A stretch of 61,270 bases of DNA, from assembly GCA_964569845.1 (NCBI GenBank), contig CAZMUQ010000004.1, positions 1 to 61,270 of the forward strand. The letters run 5' to 3'. The DNA comes from an uncultured Candidatus Bathyarchaeia archaeon. GTDB taxonomy: Archaea; Thermoproteota; Bathyarchaeia; Hecatellales; Hecatellaceae. How positions within the stretch are numbered: position 1 is the first letter of the stretch; every line of letters starts with the position of its first letter. Shown in pieces: positions 1 to 9,973 of this stretch. The notes beneath the pieces were generated by a model, which was given only the letters and a program-made list of their open reading frames with translations, was not told the origin of the DNA and did no database searches. The position numbers were made by a program, and so were the translations under genes.

Positions 1-45
1 CTAAAAGTCTTCTTTTCAATTTAACCACCATTTATCAGTATTCAA

Positions 46-345
46 CTAAAATGTTAACCCAAAAGCATCTATAAAACGTTTAACCTTCTTAAATTCCTCA
101 AGAAAATTGTAAGCTTTATCTGTAAGTTTATAGGATAAAATTTTTCCATCATTCTTTTTAACTTCAACGATAAACTCCTTCTCTTTAAGCTGGGAAATAT
201 ACTTTTGAAACCTATCATAAGATAAGTTTGCACCATAAAGTATCTTTGTTGGTTTTGCTTCTCCACCCTCCCTTCTTATAACTTCAAGCATATCAACATA
301 AATTTTAATCTTAGACCTGTAAGCTGCAGGTTTCCTAAGCACCAT
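46..345 (-). CDS. Winged-helix DNA-binding protein (DUF4364/COG3432-like predicted regulator)
   Basis: 99 aa with the pattern IYVDMLEVI...PTKILYGANLSY..FQKYISQL...Y.LT.KA, typical of small archaeal wHTH regulators; start abuts the stop of the upstream membrane gene. Confidence 0.75.
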   Translation of the reverse strand: MVLRKPAAYRSKIKIYVDMLEVIRREGGEAKPTKILYGANLSYDRFQKYISQLKEKEFIVEVKKNDGKILSYKLTDKAYNFLEEFKKVKRFIDAFGLTF

Positions 346-962
346 TATCTTTTATTCACCCGTAAAAGCATAACTAAAAGAAAAATGAAGCCTAAAAGCT
401 GAAATGTATGGGCTAAAATATAGCAAAACATGTAAATTGATGTTAAAAGGAAAAATATGTGAGCTAGGAGTATAAAAAGAAAACCAGTAAAAACAAGTAG
501 AGAATTTAGCTCCTTTCTCCATCCATAGCTAATTGAGGTTTGAATTGTAATATAGCTGAGCAAAAATATTAAAACAATCTCAACAAGCGGATTATAATTT
601 TTAAACATAAGAATAGGCAAAAAACTACTACTAGCAGTAATAAAGGAATACCTTACATAAGTGTAGGCAAGAAGAGTAAAAGCAGCAACCTCAGCAATGG
701 AGGTTATAACGTTTCCAGCCATAAAAACTATTTTTGATACCTGAGCACCTTTAAACATGGAAAGGTAAAAGTAAATATTAACTAAACCGTCAACAAGAAG
801 ACTAACACCTAATAGTGAAAAACTTAAACTAAGGTAGAGGAGAAGTTTCTCAGATGTTAACTTATAACCTTTACCCGCATAATAACCTATGGTTAATGCT
901 ATAATAGAGCTTACAAAAACCATAAAAACATCAAAACCAAGAAATAACCTTAAAGACATCAT
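345..962 (-). CDS. Polytopic membrane protein (about 6-7 TM), possible sensor partner of the wHTH
   Basis: 205 aa with repeated hydrophobic stretches; 1-nt overlap with the wHTH gene. Confidence 0.7.
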   Translation of the reverse strand: MMSLRLFLGFDVFMVFVSSIIALTIGYYAGKGYKLTSEKLLLYLSLSFSLLGVSLLVDGLVNIYFYLSMFKGAQVSKIVFMAGNVITSIAEVAAFTLLAYTYVRYSFITASSSFLPILMFKNYNPLVEIVLIFLLSYITIQTSISYGWRKELNSLLVFTGFLFILLAHIFFLLTSIYMFCYILAHTFQLLGFIFLLVMLLRVNKR

Positions 963-1023
963 TCTTCATTAACCTCTAAGAAACTAAAATTTAAGGTTAA
1001 CATGGTTTATGTATAACTTCTGG

Positions 1024-1045
1024 ATGATTCATCTAGATGACTCAT
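1024..1045. promoter_or_regulatory. 22-bp near-perfect palindrome, candidate operator between divergent promoters
   Basis: ATGATTCAT-CTAG-ATGACTCAT; 20/22 identical to its reverse complement; TATA-like CTTATAT follows at about 1054. Confidence 0.45.
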
Positions 1046-1085
1046 TCCTTAACCTTATATTTCCAGTTAAATTTTTAACAATTTT

Positions 1086-1592
1086 TTGGTGGTAAACTTG
1101 AAAAAGTCTAAGCTTTTAACAACTACCATCCTTATCCTAGTTTTATGTCTAACCATAACTAATCCAACAATGCTAGCTTACGCAGAGGAGGAAAACATTC
1201 ATAAGGTTGAAAGTGTTGAAGCTTTAGCATATACAAGAATAAACAATGAAACTATAACTTTGCCAGTAAAAATAGATTTAACTTTTAAGGTTACAGACTA
1301 CTTTAAACGGTTAACAACAACAAACCTTGTTGAAGGAAGTATAAGCATAGGGGACGAATCTTATGTGGTTGATAATGGTTGGGCTATAGCTTTACATCGT
1401 ACAAATATGCCAGGCATAAAAGCTTTTGCTGAGGGATGGTGCACTGGTGAAAATGCACACTTCATAATTTTAGCTGTAGATATAGGTAAGGCTGAAGATG
1501 GAAACGGAATTTTAATGAAGTTTAAATGTGGATTTAAGCATACCGAAGGATGGTACTATATTAACGGTACACTTTTAAGGTATAAACTTTAA
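1086..1592 (+). CDS. Secreted or surface protein of unknown function
   Basis: Lys-rich N-terminus, hydrophobic core and AYA cleavage-like site, then a beta-rich soluble domain. Confidence 0.65.
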   Translation: MVVNLKKSKLLTTTILILVLCLTITNPTMLAYAEEENIHKVESVEALAYTRINNETITLPVKIDLTFKVTDYFKRLTTTNLVEGSISIGDESYVVDNGWAIALHRTNMPGIKAFAEGWCTGENAHFIILAVDIGKAEDGNGILMKFKCGFKHTEGWYYINGTLLRYKL

Positions 1593-1657
1593 TCAGAAAA
1601 AATTTAAACCCTAAAATTTTTTTATGTTAAGCATCAAATTTTAATGGTTAAAGATTT

Positions 1658-2224
1658 ATGGTTATGGTTAATGAAACTTTAAATTTGAGGATCATCAGCC
1701 TGAGGAATGTTAATATTACGGATGTTGAGGTTTTTTTAGAGAAAATTAGGGAAAAATTCCCCAATATTAGTTTTCAAATTTTTGATGCTGACAAGATTGT
1801 TAGTAAAAGACATCTTGAGATTGCATTTTTAAATGCTGTTAAAGCTTTTAAATTAGGTAAAAATATATCAAAAAATTTTCCTGTTGAAGTTATGCTGTAC
1901 GTTTCAGGACAAAGACAAATTAGGAAAGCTTTTGAGCTTGTAGGTTTAACAGTTGAGACAAAAAACATTGTTTTAACAATTTTTAATGAAAAAAATGGGG
2001 AAAAGGTTGAAGAAATTTTAGGTTTTGTTATATCTTTAGTTGGAGGAGAAGTTGACGACAATGTTATAAATATCTACTCTGAAGAAAAAGCCAAGAAAAT
2101 TATGAAAACATTTAGAATTTCAAATGTTGAAATTAAAACTTTAAAAATGGGAAAAATAACTTTGAACGAAGTTCTAGAAAAGCTTGTTTTGGAAAGAGTT
2201 GCACTATTGGCAGCTCAGGAGTAA
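1658..2224 (+). CDS. cgi121: KEOPS complex subunit Cgi121
   Basis: HLEIAFLNA...E.MLYVSGQRQIRKAF..VG and C-terminal LERVALL signature. Confidence 0.85.
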   Translation: MVMVNETLNLRIISLRNVNITDVEVFLEKIREKFPNISFQIFDADKIVSKRHLEIAFLNAVKAFKLGKNISKNFPVEVMLYVSGQRQIRKAFELVGLTVETKNIVLTIFNEKNGEKVEEILGFVISLVGGEVDDNVINIYSEEKAKKIMKTFRISNVEIKTLKMGKITLNEVLEKLVLERVALLAAQE

Positions 2225-2234
2225 AAGACTGCAG

Positions 2235-3512
2235 TTACCTTCTCATTAAATCAACAAGTTTAGGCATAAGCTCAGGCCCGTTTAACAAACCTAGACTTCC
2301 TTTTTCACATGCTTTTTCACTAAAGCTTAAAACTTCATCAGGTTTAATATCTCCACCAGCAATTAATAGAGGAACAGGGTCATCAGTATGAGCTTTAAAT
2401 GTGCATGGTGTTGAATGATCTGCTGTTACAACAACAATAGTTTTTTTAAGGTTTAGATTTGGAAGAATTTCTCCAAAGAAGTATTTATCTATGAGAGTTA
2501 TAATTTCCATCTTCTCCTCACATTTACCTTTATGCCCAGGTTCATCAGGCCCCTTAATATGAATGTACACTCCATCAAGATTTTCTATGGATTCTAAAAC
2601 TTTCTTAGCTCTTAACTTGTAATCCTCCTTAAGATTTCCAGTTGAAGGTGGAAGAGGAATCTCAACCATTCCACAAAGAAGAGCTATTCCTTTTTCAACA
2701 GGCATTTCAGCCATAAACCCGAAGGTTATATTGTAAAGCTTTTTAAAACTTGGAAACTTTGGTACCGTACTTCCAGCATCCCTTGAAAGTATAATGTTTG
2801 CTGGAAGCTTACCCTCAGCAATTCTTTTAGCATTAACTTCATGCCTACTTAAAACGTCAAAACTTTTCTCGGTAAACTCATTTACAAGCTTTGCTGCCAA
2901 GTCAGCTTCAACACTATCATCTAACGGCTTACATTTTTCAACTTTTAAGATGCCCTCAGCTTTTGCAACAGATATATCTCCAACTCTTACATAAGCAGGA
3001 TCAATGTTTGAAATTTTCCCAGATAATTTACCATCCAACCTTTTTATGATAAGAACAGCCCTATAACCAATAGTATTTTTAAAGATGAATTCAGCTGGCG
3101 TAGATACCAGCTTAACTTCCCTATTTACAGATTCTGCAAGTTTTAAAGCTTCATCAAATGTTAGATCTCCACCACTTCTCCTATCAATAATTCTCCAATT
3201 GTTATCCACACTTGCAAAATTGCATCTAAGTGCTAACATACCATCCTCGATTTTTAAGCCTACACCATAAGCCTCTAAAACTCCCCGTGATGAAGAATAT
3301 TGTAAAGGATCGTAACCTAAGATACTTATAACTGCTGTATCAGATTCAGGTGCGAAACCTTTTCTTATAGGAAACATAAGCCCTGTTTTACCATTTTTAG
3401 CCAAAAAATCCATGTTTAAAGTTTCAGCAGCTTCAAGTGGTGTTTTTCCATTAAGACTAGGTGAGGGTCTATCTCCAAGACCATCTAAAACAACATATAG
3501 AAGCTTCTTCAA
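2235..3512 (-). CDS. apgM: 2,3-bisphosphoglycerate-independent phosphoglycerate mutase (archaeal type)
   Basis: VLDGLGD, PESD, KGPDEPGH and TADHSTP metal-binding motifs. Confidence 0.92.
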   Translation of the reverse strand: MKKLLYVVLDGLGDRPSPSLNGKTPLEAAETLNMDFLAKNGKTGLMFPIRKGFAPESDTAVISILGYDPLQYSSSRGVLEAYGVGLKIEDGMLALRCNFASVDNNWRIIDRRSGGDLTFDEALKLAESVNREVKLVSTPAEFIFKNTIGYRAVLIIKRLDGKLSGKISNIDPAYVRVGDISVAKAEGILKVEKCKPLDDSVEADLAAKLVNEFTEKSFDVLSRHEVNAKRIAEGKLPANIILSRDAGSTVPKFPSFKKLYNITFGFMAEMPVEKGIALLCGMVEIPLPPSTGNLKEDYKLRAKKVLESIENLDGVYIHIKGPDEPGHKGKCEEKMEIITLIDKYFFGEILPNLNLKKTIVVVTADHSTPCTFKAHTDDPVPLLIAGGDIKPDEVLSFSEKACEKGSLGLLNGPELMPKLVDLMRR

Positions 3513-3640
3513 AACTCATCAAACCCTAAAAAAGTTTAGACTCTAATGTAATTTATCTTTAATCTTTAATGAAAAGGCTTTTATCAGTAAAATATCATCT
3601 AGTTTTGTAAATATTTTAGCTAAATTCGTGGTGGGATATT

Positions 3641-4765
3641 TTGAGTAGCATGGTGGAGGATCCCATACAAAAATTAAATCTTTTTGGATGTATGCAATGC
3701 GCAATTTGTAGTGGCTCATGCCCTATATCCTTAAAGTTTGATGGATTTAACATTAGAAGAATAATACGTAAAGCAGTATTTAGCAGAGAACTACCAAAAC
3801 TTAGTGAAAATGAAGTTTGGGGTTGCACAACATGTGGAACATGCATGATTAGATGTCCAAGAGACCTTAAACCTTTTGAAACTGTTTTAGAGATTCGCAG
3901 TAAACTTATTGAGGAAGGGGGGATTCCTCCAACAATTAGAGATGCTTTAGAATCAGTTTATAAGCACGGTAATCCTTGGGGTAGAATTAGAGATAAAAGG
4001 TCCGAATGGGCTGAAGATTTAAATATTGAAAAACCTAAGGAAGGCGAAACAGTACCATTACTATACTTTGTTTGTTGCTCAGTAGCGTACGATCCTCGAG
4101 CTCAAAGCATCGGCAGAGCTTTAGTTAATATCTTCCGGAAAACCGGTTTAAACTTTAAAACTTTCGGGAATGAGGAGAATTGCTGTGGGAATGAAGTTTA
4201 CCATATGGGTGAAAAAGGTCTTTTTGAAATTCTTGTTGAAGACAACTTAAACCTTTTTAACCAATATAACATTGAACTTATGGTTACATCTTCACCCCAC
4301 TGTTATAATGCCTTTAAAAACCTTTATACTGGAATAAATTTTGAGGTTAAACACTACACCCAACTTCTCTCAGATCTTATAGACAAAGGTAAACTAAAGT
4401 TTTCAAAAAGTATTGAAAAAGTTGTAACCTACCATGACCCATGTTTTCTTGGTAAGAGGAACAATATCTATGATGAACCTAGAAAAATTATTGAAAGTGT
4501 TCCGGGAGTTAAGTTTGTTGAACTTATCTTAACAAGGTCTCAAAGTCTTTGTTGTGAGGGTGGTGGAGGAAGAATGTGGTTTGACCTTCCAAATGGACGT
4601 TTAGCTGAACGTAGAATTGAGGAGGCTTCTGAGGTTGGTGCTGAAATAATTTTAACTTCATGTCCATTTTGCTTGATAAACTTAGAGGATGCTGTTAAAA
4701 CTACTGGTAAAGAGGATGTTATACGTGTTATGGATATCGCTGAATTTGTTTCTGAAGCATTATAA
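3641..4765 (+). CDS. HdrD/GlpC-like Fe-S oxidoreductase (2x[4Fe-4S] plus two CCG domains)
   Basis: CMQCAICSGSCP, CTTCGTCMIRCP, NCCG, YHDPC, LCC.GGGG, CPFC. Confidence 0.87.
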   Translation: MSSMVEDPIQKLNLFGCMQCAICSGSCPISLKFDGFNIRRIIRKAVFSRELPKLSENEVWGCTTCGTCMIRCPRDLKPFETVLEIRSKLIEEGGIPPTIRDALESVYKHGNPWGRIRDKRSEWAEDLNIEKPKEGETVPLLYFVCCSVAYDPRAQSIGRALVNIFRKTGLNFKTFGNEENCCGNEVYHMGEKGLFEILVEDNLNLFNQYNIELMVTSSPHCYNAFKNLYTGINFEVKHYTQLLSDLIDKGKLKFSKSIEKVVTYHDPCFLGKRNNIYDEPRKIIESVPGVKFVELILTRSQSLCCEGGGGRMWFDLPNGRLAERRIEEASEVGAEIILTSCPFCLINLEDAVKTTGKEDVIRVMDIAEFVSEAL

Positions 4766-4851
4766 ATGGAAATTTTAAAATATGGATAGAAACATAAATT
4801 TCATACTGAAATCAACTTAAAACTATTTGGTAGTTAGGGAGGTTAAAAATT

Positions 4852-5649
4852 ATGGATATAATTGTATGCGTTAAGCATGTACCAGATACTGCTGAAGCAG
4901 AACTTACTATTGATGAAACAGGCAAAGATATCAGAAAAACAGGCCTTGTTTTTGATATAAATGAGTGGGATAATTATGCTGTTGAGGAAGCTCTTCTTTT
5001 AAAGGAGAAGTATGGTGGGAAGATAACAGCAATAACTATTGGACCTAAGGAAGCTGAAGAAACTTTAAGGAAATGTATTGCGAAAGGTGTTGATGAAGCT
5101 ATAAGGTTAACAGATGACTTGTTTAAAGGTTCAGATGGATACACAACTGCAAGAATTCTTTGTAGTGCTATCAAAAGCTTAGATTTAAAATACGATTTAA
5201 TACTAACTGGTGCTCAAGCTGGAGATGATGGTTATGCTCAAGTTGGAGTAACACTTGCAGAGCTTCTTGGAGTTCAACACGTATCACTTGTAAAGAAGAT
5301 AGCTGAAGTTAAGGATGATGCTTTAAAAGTTCATAGAGAACTTGAAGGAGGCTTAGAAGAGGTTGTTGAAGTTAAAAAACCTGTAGTTTTAACTATTCAA
5401 ACAGGTATTAATGAGCCTAGATATGTTTCTATTGCAGGGGTTAGGAAAGCTGCAAAAAAGGAGATTAAAGTTTTAGGAGCTGCAGATATAGGTTTAAAGG
5501 CTGAAGATGTTGGAGAAGCTGGTTCTCCAACCGTATTAGAGAAGTTGTTTATTCCACCTGTAACTAAGCAAGCTGAAATTTTAACTGGTGATGTTAGCGA
5601 GGTTTCAAAAAAGCTTGTATCAATATTAAAAGAGAAGGGGTTGATATAG
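4852..5649 (+). CDS. etfB: Electron transfer flavoprotein beta subunit
   Basis: VCVKHVPD, INEWDNYAVEEA, GAQAGDD, INEPRY. Confidence 0.95.
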   Translation: MDIIVCVKHVPDTAEAELTIDETGKDIRKTGLVFDINEWDNYAVEEALLLKEKYGGKITAITIGPKEAEETLRKCIAKGVDEAIRLTDDLFKGSDGYTTARILCSAIKSLDLKYDLILTGAQAGDDGYAQVGVTLAELLGVQHVSLVKKIAEVKDDALKVHRELEGGLEEVVEVKKPVVLTIQTGINEPRYVSIAGVRKAAKKEIKVLGAADIGLKAEDVGEAGSPTVLEKLFIPPVTKQAEILTGDVSEVSKKLVSILKEKGLI

Positions 5650-5650
5650 G

Positions 5651-6637
5651 ATGAAGGAAATTCTTGTTTTAGTTGAGCATAGAAGAGGAGAAATTAGAGA
5701 TGTAACATTTGAAATGCTTTCTGAAGCTGTAAGGTTTGCTAAGAAAATTGGTGGAAATGTTTCAGCATTAATTCTTGGTTACGGTGTACAGGAATATGCT
5801 AAAATAATTTCGGATTATGCTAACCAAGTTTTAGTTGTTGAAGATGAAAAATTAAAAGAGTTTAATTCTGAAGCATATCAAAAGGTTCTTGTAAAGGTTA
5901 TTGGGGAGCGTAAACCATTCTTAACTCTTATAGGGCATACAGCTATGGGTATGGATTTAGCTCCAGCTCTTTCAGCAACCTTAAACATACCTTTAACAAC
6001 AGATTGTATATGCATTGATGTTGAAGATGGAAAGTTTGTTGCTATAAGACAGTATTATGGTGGAAAAGTTAATGGTAAAGTTGTATTTAAAGAATCTGAA
6101 AGTTTCATGGTTACTGTACGTGCAGGAGCATTTTCACCTGAAAAACCTGAACCACCTCTTGGTGGAGGAATAATATCTATACCTTCACCTTTAACAGATG
6201 AGGATGTCAAATATAAGAAGTTTATTGAGTATGTAGAGGCTGAAAAAGGTGAAGTTGATATTTCTTCAGCAGATATAATAGTTGACATTGGACGTGGAAT
6301 TAAGGATGCAAAAAACATCCCGATAGTTGAAGAATTTGCTAAAGCTATTGGTGGTGTTCTTGCATGCTCAAGACCAGTAGTTGATAAAGGTTGGCTTCCA
6401 AAGGATAGACAAATCGGCATATCTGGTAAAACAGTTAAACCTAAGCTTCACATAGCTTTAGGTGTTAGTGGAGCATTCCAGCATGTAGCCGGAATGAAGG
6501 GGGGCTTAATAATAGCTGTAAATAAGGATCCTAAAGCACCAATATTTAATGTAGCAGATTATGGCATAGTTGAAGATATGTTTAAGGTTATACCTATACT
6601 TAAAGATTTGATTTCAGAATTAAAGGGTAAAAAATAG
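5651..6637 (+). CDS. etfA: Electron transfer flavoprotein alpha subunit
   Basis: GRGI, ACSRPVVD, QIGISGKTVKP, GVSGAFQH, AVNKDPKAPIF..ADYG. Confidence 0.95.
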   Translation: MKEILVLVEHRRGEIRDVTFEMLSEAVRFAKKIGGNVSALILGYGVQEYAKIISDYANQVLVVEDEKLKEFNSEAYQKVLVKVIGERKPFLTLIGHTAMGMDLAPALSATLNIPLTTDCICIDVEDGKFVAIRQYYGGKVNGKVVFKESESFMVTVRAGAFSPEKPEPPLGGGIISIPSPLTDEDVKYKKFIEYVEAEKGEVDISSADIIVDIGRGIKDAKNIPIVEEFAKAIGGVLACSRPVVDKGWLPKDRQIGISGKTVKPKLHIALGVSGAFQHVAGMKGGLIIAVNKDPKAPIFNVADYGIVEDMFKVIPILKDLISELKGKK

Positions 6638-6684
6638 CTAACTTACCTACCAACATTATTCGACTAAAAAATTAAATTTTTTAA

Positions 6685-9543
6685 TCAACTCCAAAACATC
6701 CTTGTTCTAATGTAATCTCTTTCAGCTTTCAATATTTCCATGTAAAATTTTTCCTCAGTTTTATACCCACCAGACAGTATTTTTGCAGCCTTAGTTGGTC
6801 CTACACCCTTTGCAGCTAAAGCTATTGCTGCCTTTTTACCATAGGTTTGAATTAAACTAGAAGCTTTCCATAATTCTAACCATTTTTTCTCTTCTTCTTT
6901 TGTGAGCTTTAACTTTTTAAGTTTCTTTTTCACTATTTTTCCAGCATCTTTATCTTCTTCACTAACCATTGCAATAAGTGTTGAACCGCAAAAAGGACAT
7001 TTAATCTTTTCAGGTAAATTTTCAATTCTTCTTAAAGTTTCCCAATCACCTTTAAATAAGCATATAAGCCTAACAGTTTTATTATTTAATCTTCTTTTTA
7101 ACAGCTCTAAAACTTCTTCACCCTCTTTAACAGGTCTTAAAAGGTCATGGGGAGCTATTTTATCAAGCATTGGTAAAGCTAAGGTTGATGGTTTTTCAAG
7201 GTTAGAGACAACCTCAACATTTAGGCTTCCAATATTAACACTTTCTACAACCTTTTTAGCTTCTTCAACAGCTAAATCTTCAACAAAAATTTCACGAAAA
7301 GTTTCTTTGTAAACTGGAGTATCTTTAAAACTCCTTAGTAAAGTTTTTACATAAGAAAGCTTATAGTCAGCATCTTTAGAAACAATTCCAAATCTTTTAG
7401 CATTATTCCAAAATCTCCAAAGAAAAAGGTTTGTTTGGCTTAAGCATACCTCCAAAATTTTTTCTAAATCTTCAGGTTTTAGGGAGGTTAATTCCTTCTT
7501 AATAAAGTATGGGTCAAGCTTGTAGGGAGTGATTAAGGCTATGTGATATGGACTTGATTGAAAAGCAACCTCTAAACCTATTTTTGAAGTTAAAAGTGAA
7601 GCCAAGATTATGCTTAAAGTTCTATTTACCTTATCACCAAAACATGCATGAATTATAATGTAGTTTTCAAAAGGTTCAATAACAATAAGCTTATCAGAAG
7701 GTATGGGAAAACCTTCCTTAACATTTCTTCTAATCTCATCAACAACTTTAACTTTAGCATCAAAGGTTAAAGGATAATCATCCAAAATCTTAAAAGAAGA
7801 ATTACTAACAACCCTAACTTCCTCAGCAAGTTTTCTCCTAAGAAAGCCAACTTCTAATGCTACATCAAACTCTACAGGAATAGTTTCCCCTTCCCAAGAG
7901 GGTATAGCTGCAGGGTTAGGTTCAGCTTCCTCAACTTCAACAATATTTTTCTCCTCATCAACTCTAAGAATCCTCCAAACAAGACCGTGAAGAATAAAAA
8001 GATTACCAGGTCTACCGTGACGTGCAACAAACTCTTGATCTAAACTTCCAACCCTTTTCCTACTTAAAAAATCTACAACCAGGTAATGCTTAACTTCAGG
8101 AATCATAGACAAATTTTCAAAATAATATTTGTAAGCTTGAGCAGAAGCAATTTTTAATTTTCCATTGTAAGTTTTAATTAAACCCTCAAGCTTAAGCTGC
8201 TCAATAACATCCAGAAAAACTTTAAAATCTAGGTTAATGTAAGGATAAGCATTTACAATAATCTTATAAGCCTCATTAACTGAGATTCCGCCAGCATTAT
8301 CTAGGACTAGCCCTATAAGTTGATGAGCTAAAACATCTAAAGCTTCAAAATGAATTAAAGATTTTTCAAAAATGCCTTTTACAGCCCTTTTACATAAAAC
8401 TGCAGCTTCTAAAATATCATCAAGCCAAGAAGCTATAATGCAGCCTTTAGGTTTACCGCCGACTACATGGCTGCTACGCCCAACCCTTTGAAGAAGCTTT
8501 AAAGCTTGTTTTGGTGATTGATACTGAATAACATAATCAATAAAACCTATATCTACACCAAGCTCAAGAGAAGAGGTACATACAACAGCTTTTAACTCCC
8601 CACTTTTAAGCTTCTGCTCAACATCAACTCTAACATCCCTTGAAATCGATCCATGATGGGTTGCAAAGTTAAGATTTGGATTCAGCATACGAATTTTTAG
8701 GCTTAAAGATTCAGCATGCTCTCTGGTATTTGTAAAAATTAACGTTGACCTATAACTTTCTAAAAGTTTAAGTATTCTTCTAACTCTTGCTAAAGTTTCA
8801 GCTGGAACCATTAAGCTTAAAGAATCATCATAATCTTTTTTTGTTGGTTGAGGACTTTCAACAGTAAATTCAACATCTTTAAAACTTTCAACCTTAACAA
8901 CTCTAAATTTTCTACCTTTTCCAGCAAGAAAACTTCCAGCAACATTTTCATCTCCAATTGTTGCTGAAAGACCTATTCTTTGAAAATCAAAATTACAGAT
9001 TTTTCTAAGCCTTTCAAGTCCAAGTGAAAGTTGAACACCCCTCTTATCAGAAAGAAGTTCATGGATTTCATCAATAATAACCCATCGTACACCTTTTAAA
9101 TTATTCCTCATCTTTTTCCCAGCAAGAATAGCTTGTAAGGTCTCGGGTGTTGTTATAAGCATTTGAGGCGGAGTTTCAGCTTGAATTTTTCTAAGCTGAT
9201 TTGGAGTATCCCCATGCCTAACATTAACACTTATTCCGAGCCTACCACCAACCTCAACTAGCCTTCTAAAGATATCTCTATTTAAAGCTCTAAGCGGAGT
9301 AATGTAAAGAATATTTACACCCTGAAGGGTTAAACCCTTCATTTTACACTTTAAAAACATATCGAAAACTGGGAGAATAGCAGCTTCAGTTTTACCCTCC
9401 CCTGTGGGAGCAACTATAAGTGTATTTTCACCTGAAAGGATTACAGGTATAGCTAAACTTTGAATTTCAGTTAATGTTTTAATGCCAATCCTATTTGCTT
9501 CCTCAACAATTTTTGAAGATAACAGCTCTAAAACATTAACCAA
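6685..9543 (-). CDS. lhr: Lhr-family SF2 helicase
   Basis: APTGEGKT, DEIH, SAT, HHGS, LELGVDIG, QRVGRS, IPSWEGE; C-terminal CPFC Zn finger. Confidence 0.92.
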   Translation of the reverse strand: MVNVLELLSSKIVEEANRIGIKTLTEIQSLAIPVILSGENTLIVAPTGEGKTEAAILPVFDMFLKCKMKGLTLQGVNILYITPLRALNRDIFRRLVEVGGRLGISVNVRHGDTPNQLRKIQAETPPQMLITTPETLQAILAGKKMRNNLKGVRWVIIDEIHELLSDKRGVQLSLGLERLRKICNFDFQRIGLSATIGDENVAGSFLAGKGRKFRVVKVESFKDVEFTVESPQPTKKDYDDSLSLMVPAETLARVRRILKLLESYRSTLIFTNTREHAESLSLKIRMLNPNLNFATHHGSISRDVRVDVEQKLKSGELKAVVCTSSLELGVDIGFIDYVIQYQSPKQALKLLQRVGRSSHVVGGKPKGCIIASWLDDILEAAVLCKRAVKGIFEKSLIHFEALDVLAHQLIGLVLDNAGGISVNEAYKIIVNAYPYINLDFKVFLDVIEQLKLEGLIKTYNGKLKIASAQAYKYYFENLSMIPEVKHYLVVDFLSRKRVGSLDQEFVARHGRPGNLFILHGLVWRILRVDEEKNIVEVEEAEPNPAAIPSWEGETIPVEFDVALEVGFLRRKLAEEVRVVSNSSFKILDDYPLTFDAKVKVVDEIRRNVKEGFPIPSDKLIVIEPFENYIIIHACFGDKVNRTLSIILASLLTSKIGLEVAFQSSPYHIALITPYKLDPYFIKKELTSLKPEDLEKILEVCLSQTNLFLWRFWNNAKRFGIVSKDADYKLSYVKTLLRSFKDTPVYKETFREIFVEDLAVEEAKKVVESVNIGSLNVEVVSNLEKPSTLALPMLDKIAPHDLLRPVKEGEEVLELLKRRLNNKTVRLICLFKGDWETLRRIENLPEKIKCPFCGSTLIAMVSEEDKDAGKIVKKKLKKLKLTKEEEKKWLELWKASSLIQTYGKKAAIALAAKGVGPTKAAKILSGGYKTEEKFYMEILKAERDYIRTRMFWS

Positions 9544-9784
9544 CTTTTCTTCGCCACAACTTTAAAAGAAATGTAAGATAAATTCTTAAGTCAACTTTCT
9601 TATCTTCTGAAACCTCATCTTTAATTCTTTCCTCAATAAACCCTTCAAACCCTTTTAAACTTTCAGTTTTCATTAAACCTTCAATAAGAATCTCTTTAAC
9701 CCATTCCATATTTTGAAGGTATGGTGTGGAATCTGCAAAAGCTTCATATGCAACTTTCCTTAAAAATTCTAGCTCCTTCTCCAT
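9536..9784 (-). CDS. Small hypothetical protein coupled to lhr
   Basis: 82 aa helical protein overlapping the lhr start by 8 nt; GGTAGG RBS-like sequence upstream. Confidence 0.55.
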   Translation of the reverse strand: MEKELEFLRKVAYEAFADSTPYLQNMEWVKEILIEGLMKTESLKGFEGFIEERIKDEVSEDKKVDLRIYLTFLLKLWRRKVG

Positions 9785-9973
9785 ACCTACCCTACTAATT
9801 CAATTTATTTTTCCAAGACATTTAAATTACGAGAAAAATTGAAAACCTAACGCTGACAATAGAAAAAGTCTTCTGATATCGTATAAGGTTTAAGCTTAAC
9901 TAACCATATATTTATGCGATTATGGAGAAATTTAAAGTAAAATTCTAGCAATATTAAGGTATGAGGGGTTAAA

